Source: Patescibacteria group bacterium
Lineage (GTDB): Bacteria; Patescibacteriota; Patescibacteriia; UBA2591; UBA6264
Assembly: GCA_028713575.1 (NCBI GenBank)
Contig: JAQTOB010000010.1
Coordinates: 1-19,971, forward strand
Direction: 5' to 3'
DNA: 19,971 nt
The translations under genes were made by a program, and so were the position numbers. Under the pieces are notes generated by a model. That model was not told where the DNA came from and did no database searches. It worked only from the letters and a program-made list of their open reading frames with translations. This document shows, piece after piece, positions 9,330 to 15,038 of the stretch (the first letter of the stretch is position 1; every line of letters begins with the position of its first letter).

Positions 9330-10348
9330 AAGATAGAATATCTCTTCCTTTGGTTTCAATAATAATAGCTTGTCGAAATGAAAAAGAAGTCATTGATAAA
9401 TGCCTTGATTCTCTAATTGGACAAACTTACCCCAGCCATAAAATAGAGATTCTTGTAGTTGATGGAATGAGCGAAGACAAAACTCGTGAAATTGTTAGGG
9501 GATACTCTAAAAAATATTCTTCTATTCATTTATTCGACAATATTAAAAGAAATACTCCGTGTGCTTTTAACATTGGTATCAAAGAATCAAAGGGTGAGGT
9601 TATCACAATAGCAAGCGGTCACGCGATTTATCAAAAAAATTATATATCCACATATGTAGAATCATTAAAAAAATATAATGCCGATTGTGTTGGCGGATTA
9701 CAAACAACCTCTACTTCAAAAAATTCTTATGTTGCCAAATCAATTGTTTTTTGTCTTTCTTCTTTATTCGGTGTTGGTAATGCTCTCTATAGGATAGCAA
9801 ATACCCATCAGCAACCAAAAATTGTTGATACCGTTCCTTTTGCCTGCTACAAAAGAAAAGTGTTTGAAAAAATTGGTTTATTTAATGAAAAATTAGTTCG
9901 TAGCCAAGATATGGAATTTAATATAAGATTAAAAAGAGCAGGGGGCAAAATTATCTTAATTCCTGAGATTATGGGCTGTTATTATCCCCAGAACACTAAC
10001 CTTAGAAAATTTTTCATATACCACCTAAAAGACGGATTTTGGTCTACTTATCCCCTAAAATTTGTTAAAACACCCTATAAATTAAGACATTATATTCCTT
10101 TGATTTTTTTAATGAGTCTATTTGGAATGGGGATATTGGGAACTTTTTCTTTATTTTTTTTCCGGTTGTTTCTATCTATATTCGGATTATACCTTTTAGC
10201 TAATCTTTATTTTTCTATAGAAACTGCCATAAAAGAAAAAAATTTTAAATATTTTTTTATTATGCCAATAGTATTTGGTATTCGTCATATTGGATATGGA
10301 TTGGGTTCAATTTGGGGTTTAATAAAAATACTAAAACCTGAGAAATAA
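9308..10348 (+). CDS. Family 2 glycosyltransferase with a C-terminal multi-helix membrane anchor
   Basis: VSIIIACRNE, VVDGMSEDKT (DxD-like), RSQDMEFNIRL. The C-terminal roughly 90 aa are strongly hydrophobic (3-4 helices). Overlaps the upstream gene by 22 nt. Confidence 0.85.
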   Translation: MDERKNLKDRISLPLVSIIIACRNEKEVIDKCLDSLIGQTYPSHKIEILVVDGMSEDKTREIVRGYSKKYSSIHLFDNIKRNTPCAFNIGIKESKGEVITIASGHAIYQKNYISTYVESLKKYNADCVGGLQTTSTSKNSYVAKSIVFCLSSLFGVGNALYRIANTHQQPKIVDTVPFACYKRKVFEKIGLFNEKLVRSQDMEFNIRLKRAGGKIILIPEIMGCYYPQNTNLRKFFIYHLKDGFWSTYPLKFVKTPYKLRHYIPLIFLMSLFGMGILGTFSLFFFRLFLSIFGLYLLANLYFSIETAIKEKNFKYFFIMPIVFGIRHIGYGLGSIWGLIKILKPEK

Positions 10349-10352
10349 CTCT

Positions 10353-10970
10353 ATGCTAAAAAGACTATTTGATATTATATTCTCTTTCTTGGGAATAATA
10401 TCAACCCTTCCTTTATTAATACTAATTACTATAACAATAAGAATAGATTCAAAAGGACCAATTTTTTATAAAGGAATACGAATGGGCAGATTTAATAAAT
10501 CCTTCAAAATTCTCAAATTCAGAACTATGTTTGTTAATTCTGAAATAAATGGTCCGCCCATAACCATTAAAAACGACACAAGAATTACAAAGGTGGGAAG
10601 ATTTCTAAGAAAATATAAGTTAGACGAATTACCACAGTTTATAAATGTATTAAAAGGAGAAATGAGTTTAGTCGGGCCAAGGCCCGAAATTCCCCTTTAT
10701 TTCAAATATTATACTGAAGAAGAAGAAAAAATAATCTTATCTGTCCGTCCCGGGATAACGGATTATGGCTCAATTGAATTTCATGATGAAAGTAAACTTC
10801 TTGCCGGAAGTAAAAATCCTGTTGAAGACTATGTAAAAAAAATAAAAGATAAAAAAGTAAAACTTCAATTGCAATATATTAAAAATCAATGTTTATGGCT
10901 TGACGTTAAAATTATTCTCAAAACCATAAAAACTATAATCTATACGAGATTGTATAAAAAAAACATATGA
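10353..10970 (+). CDS. Small monotopic phosphoglycosyltransferase (bacterial sugar transferase, PglC/WbaP-C-terminal-like), initiating enzyme
   Basis: LKRLFDIIFS + re-entrant helix, KGPIFYKGIRMG, KFRTM, DELPQFINVLKGEMSLVGPRP. Confidence 0.9.
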   Translation: MLKRLFDIIFSFLGIISTLPLLILITITIRIDSKGPIFYKGIRMGRFNKSFKILKFRTMFVNSEINGPPITIKNDTRITKVGRFLRKYKLDELPQFINVLKGEMSLVGPRPEIPLYFKYYTEEEEKIILSVRPGITDYGSIEFHDESKLLAGSKNPVEDYVKKIKDKKVKLQLQYIKNQCLWLDVKIILKTIKTIIYTRLYKKNI

Positions 10971-12208
10971 AAAAGACCCTGAATCTCACTTGGAATACTT
11001 TAAATAATCTAGAAAATATTTATGGAGAGTCTTTTTATTTATTAGATTCGGAAAAATTCAAAAAAAATTACAATGAATTTCTTAAATCATTCCGAAAGAT
11101 TTATCCTAATTCTTTTATAGCATATTCATATAAAACAAATTATATTCCTAAACTCTGCAAATTAGTTAATCAAATGGGAGGATATGCAGAAGTGGTTTCT
11201 GAAATGGAATTCAATTTAGCTATTAAAATCGGAGTCACTCCTAAAAAAATCATTTATAACGGTCCGTATAAAAGCGAAAATTCCATTAAAAAATGTTTAT
11301 TAAACGGCGGCATGGTTAATTTAGATTCTCTCTCTGAGGTAGATATAATTGAAAAAATTGCCCATAAATACCCTAAAATAAATATGTCTGTGGGATTAAG
11401 ATGTAATTTTGACATCGGAACTCCTCTAATATCAAGATTTGGACTTGATATAAATGAATTTTCTGAAGCTTTTAAAAGGATAAACAAAATTAGGAATATT
11501 AATGTTAAGGGAATTCATTGTCATTTCCCGAACAGATCTCTGGAAACATTCATCTCTCGAATTGATAAAATGCTATATTTATCCAAAAAATTCTTTAAAA
11601 ATTCTCCCGAATTTATTGATATCGGCGGAGGATATTTCGGAAAAATGGATTTAGTTCTAAAAAAACAATTTAACTGTGAAATACCAAGTTATCAAGAATA
11701 CGCAGATATTATTGCTACAAAAATAGAAAATGCTTATAAAAATATAAATAATTCAAAAAAGCCTAAACTTTTCCTTGAACCCGGAACAGCTCTTGTGGCA
11801 GATACAATGAAATTTGTAGTAAAGGTTATTAGTACTAAAAATGTGCGCAATAAATGTATTGCAATTGTTTCGGGAAGTAAATTTAATATTTCACCAACAT
11901 CAGATACTATAAATTTACCCATTAAAGTGTATCGTCAATGTAGAAAAAATATTGCCAATAAACAGAAAACTATTGATATAGCTGGCTATACCTGCATTGA
12001 GAACGATTATTTATACAAAAAATATAAAGGAAACTTAGAAATAGGTGATTACATTGTGTTTAACAATGTAGGGTCATATTCATTAGTTATGAAACCACCA
12101 TTTATTTTGCCAAATTGTGCAGCCATTGAACATTCTCCTAAAAAGGGATATAATATTATTAAAAGACAAGAAAATTTGAAAGATATTTTTAATACTTTTC
12201 GCTTTTAA
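10967..12208 (+). CDS. PLP-dependent decarboxylase, fold type III (Orn/Lys/Arg/DAP decarboxylase family)
   Basis: AYSYKTN (PLP-Lys), EVVSEMEFNLAIKIGV..IIYNGPYKS, GIHCHF, IDIGGGYFG, EPGTALVAD, GYTCIENDYL. ATGA start/stop overlap with the upstream gene. Confidence 0.8.
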   Translation: MKKTLNLTWNTLNNLENIYGESFYLLDSEKFKKNYNEFLKSFRKIYPNSFIAYSYKTNYIPKLCKLVNQMGGYAEVVSEMEFNLAIKIGVTPKKIIYNGPYKSENSIKKCLLNGGMVNLDSLSEVDIIEKIAHKYPKINMSVGLRCNFDIGTPLISRFGLDINEFSEAFKRINKIRNINVKGIHCHFPNRSLETFISRIDKMLYLSKKFFKNSPEFIDIGGGYFGKMDLVLKKQFNCEIPSYQEYADIIATKIENAYKNINNSKKPKLFLEPGTALVADTMKFVVKVISTKNVRNKCIAIVSGSKFNISPTSDTINLPIKVYRQCRKNIANKQKTIDIAGYTCIENDYLYKKYKGNLEIGDYIVFNNVGSYSLVMKPPFILPNCAAIEHSPKKGYNIIKRQENLKDIFNTFRF

Positions 12209-12251
12209 ATCTACTACTATTTTTTAAAATTATTACTTTTAAAATAAATTT

Positions 12252-13178
12252 ATGAAATCTTTAGGTTCTAAAAAAAATAATCTTGTTTGGTTGGCTGGTA
12301 AAATTATATCTAGTCAAGAAGCTAAAATATCTATTTTATCCCCCACATGTCAATATGGTCTCAATGTCTTTGAAGTAATTAGGTGTTATTTAGATAAAAA
12401 AAATGATCAACTCTTAGCTTTTAGGCTAAGGGACCACCTTCTACGACTTTTCCGTTCTGCAAAAATAATGAGAATCAAACCTAAATATACAATAAATGAA
12501 ATACAAAGTATATTTATTAAAACAGTAGCTGCAAATAAATATAAGGAGGATATCACTGTCCGTATAGTCCTCTTTATAAATGAGTCTGGAAGCTGGAATT
12601 CTGAATATAAGGGTGAATTATTAATATCTCCTATTTCTCGAGGAAGGACCCACGGTTTTAAGACTGGAATTAGTTGTTGTATCAGTTCATGGGAACGTAT
12701 AAATGATAAATGCCTCCCCCCTCGAATAAAAACAGGAGCCAATTACATTAATGGGCGAATGGCTCAACTTGAAGCAATAAACAATAAGTATGATTCGGCC
12801 CTCTTTCTTAATAACAAGGGTAATCTCTCTGAAGCCCCGGGTTCTTGTATTTTTATTGTAAAGGAGAATAAATTAATAACTCCGCCCATTACTGCATCAA
12901 TCTTGGAAAGCGTTACAAGGGACAGTATCATAAAAATATCCCAAGAAGAACTGGGAATTTCTATTGTGGAAAGAGACATAGACAGAACTGAGCTATATCC
13001 CTGTGACGAGGTGTTTTTATGTGGAACAACGATGGAAATCGTTCCAGTGATATCTGTTGATAGAATAAGAATCGGAAATGGCAAAATCGGACCAATAACT
13101 AAGACTATAAGACAAAAATACTTCAACGTCATAAAGGGAAAAATTAATAAGTATAAAGGGTGGGTTACCGCTTTTTAA
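12252..13178 (+). CDS. PLP-dependent aminotransferase, fold type IV (branched-chain / D-amino-acid aminotransferase family)
   Basis: GLNVFEVIRCY, RIKTGANYINGRMAQLEA (catalytic Lys context), EAPGSCIFIVKENKLITPP, ILESVTRDSII, 308 aa. Confidence 0.8.
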   Translation: MKSLGSKKNNLVWLAGKIISSQEAKISILSPTCQYGLNVFEVIRCYLDKKNDQLLAFRLRDHLLRLFRSAKIMRIKPKYTINEIQSIFIKTVAANKYKEDITVRIVLFINESGSWNSEYKGELLISPISRGRTHGFKTGISCCISSWERINDKCLPPRIKTGANYINGRMAQLEAINNKYDSALFLNNKGNLSEAPGSCIFIVKENKLITPPITASILESVTRDSIIKISQEELGISIVERDIDRTELYPCDEVFLCGTTMEIVPVISVDRIRIGNGKIGPITKTIRQKYFNVIKGKINKYKGWVTAF

Positions 13179-13200
13179 TATAAAAATAACATAGATTGAA

Positions 13201-14013
13201 ATGGAATTTATATTTATCACAAATAATCCTGAAATGGCGGCATACGCTCAAAAAATAGGGGTTGAAAGAATTATGGTTGATTTGGAATATATAGGGAAAA
13301 AAAAACGCCAAGGACATTTGGATACCTTAATATCTAACCATTCTATAAATGATATTAAAAAAGTAAAAAAAATCATTAATCATTCAAAACTTTTAGTTAG
13401 GGTAAATCCAATATATGAAAGATCTAAAGAAGAGATTGATAAAGCCATTTCTAATGGCGCGGAAATCATTATGCTTCCAATGTTCAAAACGGTTTCGGAG
13501 GTTGAAAAATTTATATCAATAATCAATGGGAGGGTCAAAAATATTCTCCTGCTTGAAACGTCACAAGCCCTAGTGAGAATAAATGAAATATTAAAAATAA
13601 AAGGAATTAACGAAACCTATATAGGACTTAATGACCTTCACTTATCAATGGGATTAAATTTTATGTTTGAATTATTAAGTGGAGGCATTATCGAATATTT
13701 AGCCAATATTTTTAAAAAACATCAAATGAAGTGGGGATTTGGCGGTATAGCAAAAATTGGACAAGGAGACCTCCCTGCTGAATATATTTTAGCAGAACAC
13801 GTAAGGCTAAATTCTCAAATGGTTATATTGTCTCGCACTCTACACGAAAAGAGTCAAACAATCCAAGAATTAAAAAGAACTAATTTTATGAAAGAGATCC
13901 AAAAACTGAGGAGAAAGGAAAAAGAAATTAAAAATTGGCCGGCGGAAAAATTCATTAAAAATAAATCTATTATGGAAGAAAAAGTGAAGCGGATAGTTAA
14001 AAAATTACAATGA
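13201..14013 (+). CDS. HpcH/HpaI aldolase / citrate-lyase-beta-like TIM-barrel protein with a Lys-rich helical C-terminal tail
   Basis: VRVNP...AISNGAEIIMLPMFKTVSEVEKF...ILLLETSQALVRINEIL...YIGLNDLHLSMGL follows the family pattern (R..n, PmV.s.eE, iET, iG..DLs). The last roughly 60 aa (KEIQKLRRKEKEIKNW..KVKRIVKKLQ) are an extra charged helix. Confidence 0.55.
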   Translation: MEFIFITNNPEMAAYAQKIGVERIMVDLEYIGKKKRQGHLDTLISNHSINDIKKVKKIINHSKLLVRVNPIYERSKEEIDKAISNGAEIIMLPMFKTVSEVEKFISIINGRVKNILLLETSQALVRINEILKIKGINETYIGLNDLHLSMGLNFMFELLSGGIIEYLANIFKKHQMKWGFGGIAKIGQGDLPAEYILAEHVRLNSQMVILSRTLHEKSQTIQELKRTNFMKEIQKLRRKEKEIKNWPAEKFIKNKSIMEEKVKRIVKKLQ

Positions 14014-14026
14014 TTAACGCTTAAAA

Positions 14027-14509
14027 ATGTCATTAAAAATAAAATCTAAAATTCATCACAAAAAAATTCCCCGGCAGGGATTTTCTGTCCAGTCACTAAA
14101 ACAAGCCAATCCAAAAAACTCGCGAGGAAGACGAACGTGGGAATATAAAATGGCCAAAGGGCAACAATTGTCGTTTTATCAACGATTGAAAGGGGAAAAA
14201 TTCGGAAATCACTTCCATAAAGGCGAAGACCCTTCAAAAAATCCGGAAATAATTATTTTTACTTCCGGCATTGTTCAGATAAAATTTACTTATTTGTCAG
14301 GCAAAGAAAAAAATGTCATTATTGATGCTACTAAAGCGCCACAAAAACTTCTCCTCTTTCCATATGTTTTACATGCTAACGAGGCAAAAACAGATTGCAC
14401 TTATGTCGAGTATAGACAGACTTGGTTTGATAAAAAAAGGCCTGACACTTTCTCTGAGAAAGAATTCCTGAAAATGCAATCGCAAAAAAACAGGCCGCGT
14501 AATCAATAG
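14027..14509 (+). CDS. Small cupin-fold protein (WbuC/FdtA/CapF-C-terminal-like sugar-modifying cupin)
   Basis: GNHFHKGEDPSKNPEIIIFTSGIVQIKF resembles the cupin G-x-H-x-H...E...G motif. 160 aa. Its GC is intermediate between the island and the backbone. Confidence 0.45.
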   Translation: MSLKIKSKIHHKKIPRQGFSVQSLKQANPKNSRGRRTWEYKMAKGQQLSFYQRLKGEKFGNHFHKGEDPSKNPEIIIFTSGIVQIKFTYLSGKEKNVIIDATKAPQKLLLFPYVLHANEAKTDCTYVEYRQTWFDKKRPDTFSEKEFLKMQSQKNRPRNQ

Positions 14510-14595
14510 TTCAAATATAATTAAAACGAGGACTGTCCCCGAAAAGATTCATTTTCTTAGCCGCATCAATACTGGATTGTAACCCGATTTTTGAA

Positions 14596-14625
14596 AAATA
14601 GTCGATATTCGACTATTTAATTTTT
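14596..14625 (+). terminator. Hairpin plus T-run, candidate intrinsic terminator of the 14-gene operon
   Basis: AAATAGTCGA-TAT-TCGACTATTT (perfect 10-bp stem, 3-nt loop) followed by AATTTTT. Lies 87 nt after the cupin stop. The stem is AT-rich, so strength is uncertain. Confidence 0.4.
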
Positions 14626-14687
14626 AGAGGCTCAGTCTCCAAAATCGGACCTACAAAGTATTTAAAAATTAAAGGGGGTTAAAAACC

Positions 14688-14718
14688 TTGGTGGCCGAGC
14701 CACCAAAAGCCACCAAAA
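14688..14718. repeat. GC-rich hairpin overlapping a tandem 10-mer
   Basis: TTGGTGGC-CGA-GCCACCAA (8-bp stem, 14688-14706). GCCACCAAAA is repeated in tandem at 14699-14708 and 14709-14718. Confidence 0.6.
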
Positions 14719-14748
14719 CCAAAACGAAGTAAAAATCAAAATAGACAT

Positions 14749-14771
14749 ATGTAGGGGTTCAACCCCTCCAG
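14749..14771. repeat. Solo copy of a dispersed repeat (ATGTAGGGGTTCAACCCCT[C/G]CAG)
   Basis: 22/23 identity with 19794-19816 in the same orientation. It contains the internal mini-palindrome AGGGGTT-C-AACCCCT. Confidence 0.7.
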
Positions 14772-14865
14772 AACACCAATATATATCCCCTCTTTGCTTG
14801 AAAATAACTGAAAGGAAAAGGGCTAGAAAAAGGAGGTGCGAAATAGAAATAAGGAAAGTTTAGAT

Positions 14866-14900
14866 AAAAAAGTTTGGGAACTAAGTTCCCAAACTTTTTT
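14866..14900. terminator. Strong bidirectional rho-independent terminator
   Basis: AAAAAAGTTTGGGAAC-TAA-GTTCCCAAACTTTTTT: perfect 16-bp arms (GC core GTTTGGGAAC), 3-nt loop, A6 upstream and T6 downstream. Confidence 0.8.
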
Positions 14901-14902
14901 AA

Positions 14903-14943
14903 TTGACATAAATTTCAATGGATATATACTGAATATATCCATT
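14903..14943 (+). promoter_or_regulatory. Sigma-70-like promoter with an overlapping 11-5-11 perfect inverted repeat (operator-like), upstream of the capD/pglF-like gene
   Basis: TTGACA (14903-14908), 16-nt spacer, TATACT (14925-14930). AATGGATATAT-ACTGA-ATATATCCATT spans 14917-14943 and covers the -10 element. Confidence 0.5.
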
Positions 14944-15038
14944 TCATTTATTTTACATTATGGTAAAAAAACTGAAATAAGTCTATGAATTTAAAAAATA
15001 AAAAATATTGAGATTCCCTAAGACGGGAAAATATCAAT

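Noticed and set aside
3038-13305. Homopolymeric A7-A9 tracts inside glycan genes (for example 3038-3045, 3168-3175, 4196-4203, 4581-4588, 13297-13305) as phase-variation switches
   Set aside because: At about 27% GC with Lys-rich proteins, A8-A9 runs are expected by composition. They are spread over many genes and all are in-frame. There is no evidence of length heterogeneity from a single sequence.
14662-14748. 28-codon minus-strand ORF MSILIFTSFWFWWLLVARPPRFLTPFNF (type I toxin-like hydrophobic peptide)
   Set aside because: Its hydrophobicity comes from reading through the GCCACCAAAA tandem repeat and the GC hairpin. SD spacing is poor (GGAGG about 16 nt upstream, inside the repeat's mini-hairpin), and no promoter was found. 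More likely a chance ORF. Could be revisited if the peptide is conserved.
14749-14771. GGGGTTCAACCCCTCCA read as a tRNA T-arm plus CCA end (tRNA fragment or att site), or as a CRISPR repeat
   Set aside because: The loop would be 5 nt rather than the 7-nt T-loop. There is no acceptor-stem segment between the arm and the CCA, and no D or anticodon arms upstream. Only two loci carry the repeat, with no regularly spaced array, so it is not a CRISPR.
14829-14838. Reverse complement CACCTCCTTT resembling the 3' end of 16S rRNA
   Set aside because: Only the 10-nt anti-SD core matches. The upstream sequence on the minus strand shows nothing like the conserved 16S helix 45 region (GGATCA, GTAACCGTA...). 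It is simply the complement of an SD-like purine run.
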